Origin: an uncultured Gammaproteobacteria bacterium
GTDB lineage: Bacteria; Patescibacteriota; Patescibacteriia; Veblenbacterales; UBA10138
NCBI GenBank assembly: GCA_964453605.1
Contig: CAYVOI010000001.1
Span: forward strand, 804,095-868,094
Direction of reading: 5' to 3'
DNA: 64,000 nt
The notes under the pieces were generated by a model, which saw only the letters and a list, made by a program, of their open reading frames with translations, had not been told where the DNA came from and did no database searches. A program made the translations under genes and the position numbers. Below, in pieces: positions 9,320 through 19,412 of the stretch. How positions within the stretch are numbered: position 1 is the stretch's first letter; each line of letters starts with the position of its first letter.

Positions 9320-12250
9320 CTACTGGCAGCTATCGCACAGCAGCCGCTCTTGTGGATCAACCGGGCAGGCCTTACCCATCATGTCAGGCTTCAACTCAGG
9401 AATAAGCTTGGGTTGTACTTCAGGCGAAGGTGCGGCGACTTCACGCACAGCGGCAAAGCCCACCTTGCCGAGCTGCGCGCGCTTGTTCACCGTCACCGTT
9501 GACTGCTCGGCCGTGTGCCGCGGTTTCATGTGCAGGTAGTAGGTGGTCTTCAAACCCTTTTGCCAGGCGGTGGTGTAAATTTTCAAAAGATCATCAATCT
9601 CACGAGTTTCCAGGTACATGTTCCTGGACAGTGCTTGGTCCACCCACTTTTGCGCTCGGGCTGCTACTTCAATAAAGGCGTAGGGCGAGGTGGTGAAGGC
9701 CGACTTATAGCGCGCCCTGATCTCTGCAGGAATAGCTTCAATGTCCGAAATATCACCCTGCCGTTCAATAATCTGCGCTCGCACCTGCTCCCACAGCCCT
9801 AAGGTTTTCAGTTCATTCACCAAGTTGTGGTTAATGTCGAGGTACTTGCCCGAAATTTTATTGCGCGAAAACACTTGCGCGAACCGAGGATCAATACCCG
9901 GGGTGGTGCCAGCCACCAGACCAATGTTCGCATTGGGCGCCACGGCCATCAAGGTCGCATTGCGCATGCCGCGCTTCACTTTTTGCCGGAGCGCGCCCCA
10001 GTTAAGCCCAAGCTCATCGGCGTGGCTCACCTTATTCACGGTCAGTGCACTCCCCCGCTCATGCTCCAAGCGCCCCACGGTATCAAACGGCACCTCGCCC
10101 TTTGACCAACCGGAGCCGGCAAAATTTTGGTAGCTGCCGCGCTCGCGGGCCAGGTTGGCGCTTTCATCAATCGCGCTGTAGCTAATGAATTCAAAAATTT
10201 TATCGGCCAGCTCGTAGGTAGCCTCGTCGTCGTAGGCCAACTTGAGCTGCTCGGCGGCCTCAGCAAAGCCCATGACCCCTAAACCCACCGCCCGGTTCTC
10301 TTTGTCTGACTTTATGGCTTCTGGAATCGGCAGCACGTTGATGTCAATCAGGTTATCCAGGTGCCGTACCACGGTACGCACGGTGGTGTTGAGCGTTTCC
10401 CAATCGATGGTGTTACCTTTCACGTGACGCGCTAAGTTGAGTGAGGCCAGGTTGCAGACAGCGATGTTGTCCCTGTCCTGCGGCAGGCAAATTTCCGTGC
10501 ACAGGTTCGACATGTGGATGGTACCGGTATTGCTGTTGAGCGCGCGCAGGTTTATAGGGTCTTTCCAGGTTAGCCAGGGGTGCGAAGTTGTTTCCAGCAT
10601 CACGAGAATTTGCCTGAACTGCTCTTCGGCTGGAACTTTTTTGAAGGTGCGTAGCTTACCCGCCTCGGCCAGCGCACAGTACTCCTGGTAGCGTTTAGCA
10701 AACGCTTCGCCGTACAGCTCGTCAAGATCGCCAACCTCCTTGGGGTCAAACATGTACCAATCTTGACCCCGCTCCACCCGGCGCATGAACTCATCGGAGA
10801 TAAAGACAGCGGTGTCGGCTGTGCGCATGCGCAGGTAATCGTCGCCCGCGTTGTGCCGCCACATCAAAAATTCAGAAAAATCGAGGTGCCAGTTTTCCAT
10901 GTAAAAGCACAGCGCGCCCACCTTTTTGCCGCCACGCTGAATGGCGCGAATGGCCGTGTCGATGATTTTGGCAAACGGCGTGGGGCCAGAAGACACCGTG
11001 TTGTTAGACGACAGCGGCGAGCCCGACGCGCGCAGCTTGGTGAGCGAGGCGCCAATGCCGCCAGTGGCTTTGGAAATTTTCATGACGTCCGCTACCGACT
11101 TGGCAATGTGGTCAATGTCATCTTGAATTTCCAGCAAGAAGCAGTTCGACAGGGCCGGGCGTACGGTGCCAGCGCCAATGTTGGTAGAACCGCCCGCTAT
11201 GTACTCCAGCCGTGACATTTTTTCGTAAAACGTAATCGCCTGCGCCGTAGGGTCGGCCTCGTGGTACGACAGACCCATAGCGACACGCATAAAAAAGTAC
11301 TGGGGGGTTTCAATGGGTTGCTGGTTTTTGCCCCGCATAGCGTAGCGGTCGAGCAGGGTGGAAAGTCCGGCGTAGGTGAACAGCTCATCGCGGCTCAGCG
11401 ACAGCGCCTGAGCCAGAGCTTTAAGATCAAACCGTTCGCTCATGGCTTTATCCAGTAGGCCCGTTGCTACCTGAGAGGTGATATAGTTCACGAACCCTTC
11501 ACGGTGCACCTCCGTAAGCGCGCCGCCGCTACTGTAGTCGCCCAGGACCTTTTTGTAAACAGTTTTGAGGAGCAGTCGGGTAGCAATTTTGTTGTAGGCG
11601 GTGTCGTCTTGCACATTCTGCAGGGCCGCGTTGATGGTAGCCTGGTCAAGCTCTTCGGTGGTGATGCCGTCATACAGCATGAGCTGTGTCTCACTGGCTA
11701 CCTGTACCACTTTGCCTACCGGATCATCAATCCCAAAGCACACCCGCTCAATGGCGCGGTTAATGCGATTGGCATTAAACGGCTCGTGCGTGCCGTCACG
11801 CTTGGTCACGGTGAGTATTTGACCAGGTGTAGGCGTTGACCGGGCGGCGGCGCTCACGGCGGCCGGTTGAGTTTGCAGCCGGGCTTGTACCTCGCGCCTG
11901 ACCCTGGCGTGCTCTTCACGGTAGAGAATGTACGCTTTGGCAGTCTTAAACCACTTGGAACGCATGAGGGTGAGCTCCACCACGTCCTGCACCTGCTCCA
12001 CGGTTGGGGTGGTGTGGCCGTCGTACAGGCGCTCGAGCCCTTCTGTTACCGTAAAGGCAAGTTTAGCTGCCTCGTCACGTCCAAACTCCTGGGTTTCTGA
12101 ACCTGCGCCAGCAATAGCTTGGATAACCTTCTTAGCATCAAAGGGCACCAGGCGACCATCGCGCTTTAAAACATTCTGGAGCTTACCTTCGGTCGAGGTA
12201 AGGTGGTTGGCAGTGAGTGTTGGTTTGACGGCAGAAGTAGGGGCAGGCAT
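9320..12250 (-). CDS. nrdA: Ribonucleotide reductase class I large (alpha, R1) subunit, with two N-terminal ATP-cone domains.
   Basis: Two ATP cones (VLKRDGRLVPFDAKKVIQAI and VTKRDGTHEPFNANRINRAIERV). Catalytic blocks LSNCFLLEIQDD, NLCTEI and the GxGxxG loop. C-terminal Cys pair LLCDSCQ. Confidence 0.92.
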   Translation of the reverse strand: MPAPTSAVKPTLTANHLTSTEGKLQNVLKRDGRLVPFDAKKVIQAIAGAGSETQEFGRDEAAKLAFTVTEGLERLYDGHTTPTVEQVQDVVELTLMRSKWFKTAKAYILYREEHARVRREVQARLQTQPAAVSAAARSTPTPGQILTVTKRDGTHEPFNANRINRAIERVCFGIDDPVGKVVQVASETQLMLYDGITTEELDQATINAALQNVQDDTAYNKIATRLLLKTVYKKVLGDYSSGGALTEVHREGFVNYITSQVATGLLDKAMSERFDLKALAQALSLSRDELFTYAGLSTLLDRYAMRGKNQQPIETPQYFFMRVAMGLSYHEADPTAQAITFYEKMSRLEYIAGGSTNIGAGTVRPALSNCFLLEIQDDIDHIAKSVADVMKISKATGGIGASLTKLRASGSPLSSNNTVSSGPTPFAKIIDTAIRAIQRGGKKVGALCFYMENWHLDFSEFLMWRHNAGDDYLRMRTADTAVFISDEFMRRVERGQDWYMFDPKEVGDLDELYGEAFAKRYQEYCALAEAGKLRTFKKVPAEEQFRQILVMLETTSHPWLTWKDPINLRALNSNTGTIHMSNLCTEICLPQDRDNIAVCNLASLNLARHVKGNTIDWETLNTTVRTVVRHLDNLIDINVLPIPEAIKSDKENRAVGLGVMGFAEAAEQLKLAYDDEATYELADKIFEFISYSAIDESANLARERGSYQNFAGSGWSKGEVPFDTVGRLEHERGSALTVNKVSHADELGLNWGALRQKVKRGMRNATLMAVAPNANIGLVAGTTPGIDPRFAQVFSRNKISGKYLDINHNLVNELKTLGLWEQVRAQIIERQGDISDIEAIPAEIRARYKSAFTTSPYAFIEVAARAQKWVDQALSRNMYLETREIDDLLKIYTTAWQKGLKTTYYLHMKPRHTAEQSTVTVNKRAQLGKVGFAAVREVAAPSPEVQPKLIPELKPDMMGKACPVDPQERLLCDSCQ

Positions 12251-12310
12251 ACACGGTGAGGTTAGTTTGTTTTTTCTAAATAGAGGGAATGAGGTCAGGT
12301 GCCCGCTGGC

Positions 12311-12778
12311 TCAGCGGCGGGACTTTGGTTCACGCTTCAAGCCTTTGAGCTCCCGGGTAAAGCTCGACACGTCTTGGAAACTCCGGTACACGCTGGCGAA
12401 GCGGATGTAGGCTACCTGGTCAAAGCCCTTGAGGCGCTTCATCACCACTTCACCAATCGCCTGGGAGGTAAGCTCGGGCTGGCGCTGGCGCTGGATGTCG
12501 CGCTCGATGCGCTGGACGAGCCCGCGAAACTGCTCGGCAGTAATGCTGCGCTTTTCTAAAGAGTGCTTGAGGCCTTGCGTGAGCTTGTCTTTGCTGTACG
12601 GCTCGCGGCGGCCGTCGCGCTTTATGACCGTGAGGTCCAAGATCTCGCTCTCCTCAACCGTGGAGAAACGGAAACTGCACTTGGTGCACTCGCGCCGGCG
12701 CCTGATGCTAAAGCCGTCGGTAGCGACACGTGAATCTGTTACTTTGGTGTCGTAGTAGTTGCAGGACGGGCAGTGCAT
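12311..12778 (-). CDS. nrdR: NrdR transcriptional repressor of ribonucleotide reductase genes (zinc ribbon plus ATP cone).
   Basis: MHCPSCNYYDTKVTDSR...CTKCSFRFST zinc ribbon followed by ATP-cone VIKRDGRREPYSKDKL. It heads the nrdR-nrdA-nrdB operon. Confidence 0.95.
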   Translation of the reverse strand: MHCPSCNYYDTKVTDSRVATDGFSIRRRRECTKCSFRFSTVEESEILDLTVIKRDGRREPYSKDKLTQGLKHSLEKRSITAEQFRGLVQRIERDIQRQRQPELTSQAIGEVVMKRLKGFDQVAYIRFASVYRSFQDVSSFTRELKGLKREPKSRR

Positions 12779-12792
12779 AGGGTTTTAGCCTA

Positions 12793-12808
12793 CTACTACA
12801 TCTAGTAG
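12793..12808. promoter_or_regulatory. 16-bp near-perfect palindrome CTACTACATCTAGTAG, a candidate NrdR box or operator upstream of nrdR.
   Basis: Read directly. 7 of 8 arm positions pair. The core CTACATCTAG resembles the NrdR-box core CwAtATaTwG. It lies 15-30 nt upstream of the nrdR start. Confidence 0.3.
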
Positions 12809-13032
12809 CAGCGCTACTAATTGTACCCCCACGTATAGTGTTGTCAAAGGTTAGGCCAGGGGCTTGTTTTGGGCCTTTTCTGGCACTCTGAGGCGACTGC
12901 AGGTACCAGAGATGTGGATAACGCTAGGGTGCTTAAAAACCCAAGCAAATACCCCTCTTGCCAAGCACCCTAAAGCAGGTTTTTGAGCGTCGCGAAATTC
13001 AGGAAATTATTTTTGGGGTGGGGCGGGAAACC

Positions 13033-13060
13033 AAAAACGGGGCTAAGCTGCCCCGTTTTT
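13033..13060. terminator. Bidirectional rho-independent terminator-like hairpin: A-run, CGGGGC-taagct-GCCCCG stem-loop, then T-run.
   Basis: aaaaacggggctaagctgccccgttttt. It lies just downstream of the minus-strand gene ending at 13107. Confidence 0.5.
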
Positions 13061-13106
13061 AAAATTCGGAAAATACCCTGGGGCCTAGCAACTGCTAATA
13101 GCAGGG

Positions 13107-13562
13107 CTATGGCGTAGTACCAACCCGGGTTGGAATTTTGCCTACCTCACTATTCTTTATACCCAACCCCAATTTTTGCATAATACGATATGCTTCATCG
13201 CCATTACGAAGGTAATAGCGCTTACCATTAACTGGATTTACATACCAAGCCTCACCTCTAGCTTGCACCTGTAGCAAAATACGGCCGGCTAAGCGACGCA
13301 CTAGGCCAACATCGCCCTTACTAGAACTGCCTTCAATCGGTATTTTCTGTAGATCGGCATTACTTATGCCAAGGCCAGCACTTCGCAGGAGAGAAAAGGC
13401 TGCTGTACCATTCGGCAGGTACGTCTTACTGCCAGTGCCAGGATCAACATACCAGGCCTCACCACGTGACTCTACCTGCAACAGTATGCGGCCGCGTAAC
13501 CGATTCACGAGCTTGATGTCAATCTTGGTGGTAGGCACAGTGGATAGGCCAGGGTTAGCCAA
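13107..13562 (-). CDS. Tandem-repeat module (2 x ~65 aa, 'RL.GRILLQVExxGEAWYV.P..GKRYYL...A...M..LGLGI....L.KIP'). It is probably the frameshifted C-terminal part of the upstream secreted protein rather than a stand-alone gene.
   Basis: The ORF begins with TTG in the track. The only in-frame alternative is a GTG at about 13538. Its first 58 nt overlap the 3' end of ORF 13505..14803 in another frame. The two internal repeats are visible by eye. Confidence 0.5.
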   Translation of the reverse strand: MANPGLSTVPTTKIDIKLVNRLRGRILLQVESRGEAWYVDPGTGSKTYLPNGTAAFSLLRSAGLGISNADLQKIPIEGSSSKGDVGLVRRLAGRILLQVQARGEAWYVNPVNGKRYYLRNGDEAYRIMQKLGLGIKNSEVGKIPTRVGTTP

Positions 13563-14803
13563 CGTGCCGCCACCTCGAGCGTTGAAGCATTACAACCAAG
13601 CCGAACCTCTACCCTACCGGATACATTATCTACCACACAGGCTAGCCCGGAGCTTTGGTAGGTGAAGCAGTACTTAGCGCCACCGTCGGTACAGCTAGCG
13701 GCTGACATAGTACCTAGGTTAAACCGTTCACACGCCTTGGCTAAACTTTGGGCGCGGGACATGGATTCACTGCCAGCGTTAGTCGGACACATGACGGCTG
13801 GCGGTGTGGTGGGAACAGGCGGCTGTGCCTGATTTACTACCGGTGGAATTGCAGCATTAGAAATTATAAACGGCTGACTAACGCCTGTTGCAGTACAACC
13901 TCCATATAGATTGACCCTTATACCATAGCTATTCCCCGACGGGAGCTTAACCCGTTCAAGATCTAGTAACGATTCCTTAACCATCATGGTCCCGTTGAGT
14001 CTGCGACCAAATGTGATAGATTCGTGAATACTAGTATAGGCTGGTTGGTTAAGCTCATTGTAGTACCACCGTGCATCGGTCGGCAGGGTAACTTGGTAGG
14101 AGCCGCTGTTAGAAATCGACGATTCGCTGGGAGAAATCCCAACAAGGTATTCGTGCACTACCTCATCACCCACTAAGTGTGTAAACACAAAATTCGATAG
14201 CGGTACGAGCACCTCTGTTCCCGAAGCATCGGTTGCCGCTACTAACCAGACATCTGCCTTTTCCGCTCGGCAACCAGACGACCACTGGACATCGTAATGG
14301 CCGCCGAACGTGTATGTACTACCTACTACTTGAACATTTACTGGCTGAACGAGGACGTCAGCAGCTGGGTTAACCTGGCTAGGATCGGTAACCGTAAAAA
14401 AACCATTACTCTCGCCTTGAACATACGGCTGGTTGCCTCCTGGATAACCAACTACCTGAATTTTTATCTGATTCGAAGCACCTTGGTTAGCAACGTACTT
14501 CGGAATAGTCCAAGTGTAGCTGCCCTCGCTGCCGTTGACCACAACACGCGATTGATCAAAACCACTAGCTTCAAGCTGGTTTTGATTACCAGGGCCAGTT
14601 GAATAATATAAGCTCACTATGCTCTCAATACCCTGCTGCTGCCAGCGAATAGTTAAGCTATCGCCAACATTAAATGATTCGCCACCGTTGGGATACGTTA
14701 CAGTTATAGCAGCAGCGTGAACTTTTCCCACTATGGCAAAAATGCCCAGGAGGGAAGTCACAAAAGCTGCGGCCAATAATTTCTGCCACGACACCTTCGT
14801 CAT
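13505..14803 (-). CDS. Secreted beta-rich protein (432 aa) with a signal peptide. It is possibly the N-terminal part of a frameshift-split gene that continues into 13107..13562.
   Basis: Signal peptide MTKVSWQKLLAAAFVTSLLGIFAIVGKVHAAA. Ig-like start ITVTYPNGGESFNVGDSLTIRWQ. Its last ~19 codons overlap the next ORF. Confidence 0.6.
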   Translation of the reverse strand: MTKVSWQKLLAAAFVTSLLGIFAIVGKVHAAAITVTYPNGGESFNVGDSLTIRWQQQGIESIVSLYYSTGPGNQNQLEASGFDQSRVVVNGSEGSYTWTIPKYVANQGASNQIKIQVVGYPGGNQPYVQGESNGFFTVTDPSQVNPAADVLVQPVNVQVVGSTYTFGGHYDVQWSSGCRAEKADVWLVAATDASGTEVLVPLSNFVFTHLVGDEVVHEYLVGISPSESSISNSGSYQVTLPTDARWYYNELNQPAYTSIHESITFGRRLNGTMMVKESLLDLERVKLPSGNSYGIRVNLYGGCTATGVSQPFIISNAAIPPVVNQAQPPVPTTPPAVMCPTNAGSESMSRAQSLAKACERFNLGTMSAASCTDGGAKYCFTYQSSGLACVVDNVSGRVEVRLGCNASTLEVAARWLTLAYPLCLPPRLTSSS

Positions 14804-14846
14804 GCTAACAAATTACGAATACGAGCTTATTCAGATGCCGGCGGCG

Positions 14847-15929
14847 TTAATTCTGGAAGCTAAACGAGGGGGCTATTACCTGAGTCAGTACGCTATCTAT
14901 GGAGGTTTTGCAATCCACGGTACTGGTAGCTTTCTCAGTACATATCGCGGCTATGGCTACACCTTTATCAGGGAAGCTGTCGCCGAGCGGCATGATTAGG
15001 TTGATTCCAAAGCTCTTATCTTGTGTTGAAAAAGCTGAGAAGGCGAGTGCTTGCTGACCCCCAACCGTGGTAGTACTCTCGGTACAACTCGGGTCTGATT
15101 TACACACTGTGTCAGCTTTTTGCAGCTGCGCTGCATCTTCAATGGTCACGGCGATGCGAACGTCGTTGTCTTGACCACTCGGTGAGTAAAAACCTACTGC
15201 CTCCGGGTCGTGCGCCAAGTTCTGGATATATGAAGTCGGGTAATTGAACGAGAACTTATACCTGCTGTTGACGTAGGTAGAATTGCCGGACTGTCGGTTC
15301 GGCTGACCAGATTCAGGCGTCACAAATTTTTGAGGCACGAGCGTTGCCGAACCAACCGCCCCCCATCCAAGTATCACCAATACAACAACAAACCACACGA
15401 CCTGTCGCTTACGCAGGGGTACTGCCTCTACCGAGGAGATAGCAAATTGCTTCTGCGGATCGTAGATGACCGCGGTTTTGCATACCATATCGCGCCACGT
15501 CTGGCGGCGGCGATTGATGAGCATCCACCAGGTGCCGAGGTTCAAAACCAAGGGATTGACGATGACGAAAAAAAGGTACCTTACCAGTGCCAAACCGAAG
15601 CCGATACCAGTTCGCTGTGGCTCAACCATGCGTATAACCCTCAAGCCAAACCAGCTCATGGCTAGTGTTTGTCCGCGCTTACCTACGAAGTAAACGGCGT
15701 AGAAAAATAGCCAAGCAATAGCGGCGATACCTAATAGACTATCGATAATCACGCCTAGCGGGCCAAGTAAGCCCAAGGGCACAAACAAAACGAGCACTAT
15801 AATGAGAGGAACAACATAAAAGAGCGCATCAAAAATGCTAACAAAAAACCGCCGCCAAACGCCGGCAAACTCAACAGTAACCCCTACACCCGAGCCTACC
15901 ACTGGACGGACTGTGTTTGGTTGCTCCAT
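14847..15929 (-). CDS. RDD-family integral membrane protein with a C-terminal extracytoplasmic domain.
   Basis: Three TM helices and the RDD-type block GQTLAMSWFGLRVI (compare GQTLGkklfGLRVv of PF06271). Soluble C-terminal ~170 aa. Confidence 0.65.
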   Translation of the reverse strand: MEQPNTVRPVVGSGVGVTVEFAGVWRRFFVSIFDALFYVVPLIIVLVLFVPLGLLGPLGVIIDSLLGIAAIAWLFFYAVYFVGKRGQTLAMSWFGLRVIRMVEPQRTGIGFGLALVRYLFFVIVNPLVLNLGTWWMLINRRRQTWRDMVCKTAVIYDPQKQFAISSVEAVPLRKRQVVWFVVVLVILGWGAVGSATLVPQKFVTPESGQPNRQSGNSTYVNSRYKFSFNYPTSYIQNLAHDPEAVGFYSPSGQDNDVRIAVTIEDAAQLQKADTVCKSDPSCTESTTTVGGQQALAFSAFSTQDKSFGINLIMPLGDSFPDKGVAIAAICTEKATSTVDCKTSIDSVLTQVIAPSFSFQN

Positions 15930-15963
15930 ATTTTTCCTTGAGTGGATTAACGCCCTGGATTCT

Positions 15964-17166
15964 CTAGCTCTTGAGCTTGCGCCGGATAAAGGCCGGAACC
16001 TCGTAGTCGTCTTCCACCTCGCTCACCTTGCTCCCACCCTTAGGCTCTTTGACTGAGCCGGTAGCTTTGGTGGCTGTGCCAAGGCTGCGCTCGTGAAACC
16101 CGCTCGACTGCTCTGCCAGTTCACGCTTCGGGGACGAGGGTACGCGTTCCTGCTTGAGAAAGGCTGGCGCCAGGTACGAGGCTTGCGGCGCCGGGGTAGC
16201 CTTCTTAACTGGCAGACCTTGCGAGAAGCCGGTGGCGATGACGGTTACCTTTACCTGGTCTTTCATGCCCTCATCAATCACTGCGCCGAAGATTATCTTG
16301 GCGTTGGGATCGGCTGAGGCGGTAATGATGCGTGCAGCTTCGTTGACCTCGTACATGGTAAGGTCTGGCCCCCCGGTAACGGTAAACAGTATGCCCTTAG
16401 CCCCGTCGATGCCGACTTCGAGCAGGGGCGACTCCACGGCCGCCTTGGCGGCGTCGACCGCGCGGTTCTCGCCTGTGCCTACACCTATACCCATGAGCGC
16501 CGAGCCGGTACCAGCCATAATGGCTTTGACGTCGGCAAAGTCTACGTTAATAAGCCCCGGCACCGTAACGAGCTCAGAAATTCCCTGCACCCCCTGCCGC
16601 AAGACCTCGTCGACAATAGAGAAGGCTTCTAAGAGCGACGTTTTCTTGTCAATGAGCTGCAAGAGCCGGTCGTTGTGAATGGTGATGATGGTATCTACCT
16701 TGTCGGCCAGCTCATCAAAACCGCGCTCGGCCACCTCCCGCCGCTGCGCGCCTTCGAAGCTAAACGGTTTGGTGACCACGGCAATGGTGAGGGCGCCGGC
16801 CTCGCGCGCCAGCTCGGCAATGAGGGGTGAGGCCCCGGTGCCGGTACCACCCCCCAGGCCACAGGTGAGGAACACCATGTCAGCACCTTTCAGCGCCTCT
16901 TTGACCTCGTCCCGGTTCTCCTCGGCCGCCTTGCGACCGAGGTCGGGGTCCATGCCAGCCCCTAAGCCCCGCGTGGTCGCAGGGCCGATGTGGAGCTTCA
17001 CGGGCGCACGCGAGTGGTGCAGGGCCTGGGCGTCGGTGTTCACGGCCAAAAACTCCACACCGCGGATTTTGGCCGAGACCATGCGGTTGATAGCGGCACC
17101 ACCGCTGCCACCCACGCCGACGACTTTGATTTTGGCAAAGGTTTCAATATCAGGCTTGACTTCCAT
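15964..17166 (-). CDS. ftsZ: Cell division GTPase FtsZ.
   Basis: [17 protein letters not shown]. Tubulin signature [18 protein letters not shown]-terminal linker and conserved tail ...[11 protein letters not shown]. Confidence 0.97.
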   Translation of the reverse strand: MEVKPDIETFAKIKVVGVGGSGGAAINRMVSAKIRGVEFLAVNTDAQALHHSRAPVKLHIGPATTRGLGAGMDPDLGRKAAEENRDEVKEALKGADMVFLTCGLGGGTGTGASPLIAELAREAGALTIAVVTKPFSFEGAQRREVAERGFDELADKVDTIITIHNDRLLQLIDKKTSLLEAFSIVDEVLRQGVQGISELVTVPGLINVDFADVKAIMAGTGSALMGIGVGTGENRAVDAAKAAVESPLLEVGIDGAKGILFTVTGGPDLTMYEVNEAARIITASADPNAKIIFGAVIDEGMKDQVKVTVIATGFSQGLPVKKATPAPQASYLAPAFLKQERVPSSPKRELAEQSSGFHERSLGTATKATGSVKEPKGGSKVSEVEDDYEVPAFIRRKLKS

Positions 17167-17241
17167 AGGTAGTTGAGGATTAAGAAGCTAGAAGCTAGAG
17201 GTAAGAGGGTGTCTTCGCTCTACGTTCTAAGTTCCTAACGC

Positions 17242-18483
17242 TTACGGTAAGAGTGCCTGGAACCACTTTTTAACCTTGCCGCCGACCTCACCCATGCTGG
17301 CAAGCTTGGGTAGCCGGAAGCCGGGCTCGTGGGCTGCGGCCGATTGCCTGATACCCCAGCGCACGAGCCCCAGAGCCGAGCTAAAGGCTGGATCTGACAC
17401 GCGCTCCAGGGGACTGGCTACCTCAAGCGGGTAGCCTAAGGTGGCGGGCAGCCGGAACTTACGCTTAGCCACGTCGAGGAGCCCTGAGAGCTTGGCACCA
17501 CCGCCGGTTATGACAACGCCGGCGGGGAGCTTCCCCGAGCGGTCGATTTTAGCGAGCTCTTTATCAACCAGGTCAAAAATTTCTTCCAGGCGAGCTTCGA
17601 TTATCTCACTAAGGTGCTTGCGCCCGACCATACCCTGCTCGTCTGAGAACTCATTGAGGTTTATTTCTTCGCGCTTGCCAATGTCCTCCGGGACAGCGTG
17701 ACCGTAGTTTATTTTCAGGTGTTCGGCAATATCGATGGAGGTCCTGAGGCCAATAGCTACGTCGTTGGTAATGTGCCCGGAGCCTACGGGTATAACCGCG
17801 GCGTGGAGCGCGTCGCCCTCTTCGCACACCAACAGGCTCGTGGTAGCACCACCCATGTTGACCACGACTACGCCAAGCTCCTTCTGCCGCTTAGAGAGCA
17901 CTGCCTCGGCCGTGGCGAGCACCGTGAGTACCAGGCTGTCGATGTCTACCCCGGTGCGGTACACACACTTAGTTAGGTTCTTCACCTGTGCCACCTGACC
18001 TTGGATAATTTGGGCCTCGACTTCTAACCTCACACCGGTCATGCCCACCGGGTCTTTGATACCCGGCTGGCTGTCGACGGTGAAGCTGCGGGGTAAGACG
18101 TGGAGAATTTCGTAGTTCGGCGGCGTAGCCACGGCTTGAGCCGCTTCGACCACGCGGTTTAAATCTTCCTCGCCGATCTCGCCGTTGGGTTTAGCTACCG
18201 CAATCACCCCATGGCTCGACTGCGCTACGATGTGACTGCCGTTGATGCCAACCCACGCGTGCTCCACCGGGGTGCCGGTCATGCGTTCGATCTTCTCTAG
18301 GGCACCCGAAATAGCTGACACCGCATCTTCGATGCTGGTGACCACCCCCTTGTGTATACCTTCGGAGGGGACTTCGGCTAACCCCAACACCTGGAGGTGT
18401 TCGTGGGCCGTACCTTGCGCTACCGCCACGCGAATGGCAGTTGAACCAATGTCTAAGCCGGTAACGAGGGGGTTGCGTGTCAT
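17242..18483 (-). CDS. ftsA: Cell division protein FtsA (actin-like ATPase).
   Basis: N-terminal phosphate-1 motif GLDIGSTAIRVAV. Actin-fold length (413 aa). Lies immediately upstream of ftsZ. Confidence 0.9.
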   Translation of the reverse strand: MTRNPLVTGLDIGSTAIRVAVAQGTAHEHLQVLGLAEVPSEGIHKGVVTSIEDAVSAISGALEKIERMTGTPVEHAWVGINGSHIVAQSSHGVIAVAKPNGEIGEEDLNRVVEAAQAVATPPNYEILHVLPRSFTVDSQPGIKDPVGMTGVRLEVEAQIIQGQVAQVKNLTKCVYRTGVDIDSLVLTVLATAEAVLSKRQKELGVVVVNMGGATTSLLVCEEGDALHAAVIPVGSGHITNDVAIGLRTSIDIAEHLKINYGHAVPEDIGKREEINLNEFSDEQGMVGRKHLSEIIEARLEEIFDLVDKELAKIDRSGKLPAGVVITGGGAKLSGLLDVAKRKFRLPATLGYPLEVASPLERVSDPAFSSALGLVRWGIRQSAAAHEPGFRLPKLASMGEVGGKVKKWFQALLP

Positions 18484-18612
18484 GGGTACTACAACACAGT
18501 AGTACTACAAAGTATACCCCCGAGGTGTGAACCTGCCAAGGGAAACAAACTGAATAATTTTATTGTTCACCCCGCACCACGTAGGCCGTTGGCAAAGTGG
18601 TGCGGGACTCAG

Positions 18613-18972
18613 CTAGGTGAAACGCGCAACCTGGAGCAGGAGCCAGGCAATCACCACCGCCGCGAGCCCCAAGAGGAGGAGGGCACCAGCCAGCATGTCT
18701 TTCAGGAGTGCGACGTGGAGGGAGAGCCGCGGCTCTATGAGGTCGAGCAAGCGCTCGAGCACCGTGTTGACCACCTCCGCCGCCAGCACGGCGGCTATGG
18801 TGAGGAGGAGCACAGCCCACCCGAGCGGTGGCAGGTGAAACCACCACCCACCACCGAGCACCACCAGCGCTACGGTAAGCTCGAGGCGAAACGAAAGCTC
18901 ACGCCGTGCCACGTAAGCTAGGCCCCGGAGTGCGTAGGTGAACTTGTGGCTAAGGGTACGGAGGTAGTTCAT
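18613..18972 (-). CDS. dgkA: Prokaryotic diacylglycerol/undecaprenol kinase (DgkA family) membrane protein.
   Basis: Three TM helices and the DgkA motif AEVVNTVLERLLDLI (compare AElLNSAIEavVDri). Follows ybeY as in many monoderm genomes. Confidence 0.8.
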   Translation of the reverse strand: MNYLRTLSHKFTYALRGLAYVARRELSFRLELTVALVVLGGGWWFHLPPLGWAVLLLTIAAVLAAEVVNTVLERLLDLIEPRLSLHVALLKDMLAGALLLLGLAAVVIAWLLLQVARFT

Positions 18973-18983
18973 AGGTGTACTGG

Positions 18984-19403
18984 TCAGCCTGAGGCCATGA
19001 GCGCGCGGTCTTCTAAGCGGCGCATGGTAGCGCGCTCCCCCTTCTGCACGTGGTCGTAGCCAGCCAGGTGGAGTAGCCCGTGCACCAGCAAGCGGTCAAG
19101 CTCGCGGCTGAGCGAGGTGCCGGCGCGGCGAGCTTGGCGCACGGCTTGCGACAGGCAAATGACGAGCTCACCCTTGATAGGAGCAGTTTGGTACGTAAAG
19201 GAGAGCACGTCGGTTGTCCAGTCGTGCCTCAGGTATCGGCGATTCAGGGAACGGCTCACGCTCGGCGTAACGTACGTCACACCCACGTCGGCAAAACGAA
19301 CCCGGCTCAACCGGCCCACGCGCTTAAGGAGCGTGCGCGTACGCGCGCCCGAGGCCCGGGGGAGCCTGAGGCCGCTCTCGTTCTTACACCAGAGGGCCGC
19401 CAT
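18984..19403 (-). CDS. ybeY: rRNA maturation endoribonuclease YbeY.
   Basis: Zn-binding signature VHGLLHLAGYDH (H-G-x-L-H-L-x-G-Y-D-H). Confidence 0.85.
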   Translation of the reverse strand: MAALWCKNESGLRLPRASGARTRTLLKRVGRLSRVRFADVGVTYVTPSVSRSLNRRYLRHDWTTDVLSFTYQTAPIKGELVICLSQAVRQARRAGTSLSRELDRLLVHGLLHLAGYDHVQKGERATMRRLEDRALMASG

Positions 19404-19412
19404 ACCGCACGC

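Noticed and set aside
12285-12300. Hairpin ccgctg-gct-cagcgg right after the nrdR stop, as a terminator.
   Set aside because: No U-run follows on the coding (minus) strand, and nrdA follows 60 nt later in the same operon. More likely a stabilising structure or nothing.
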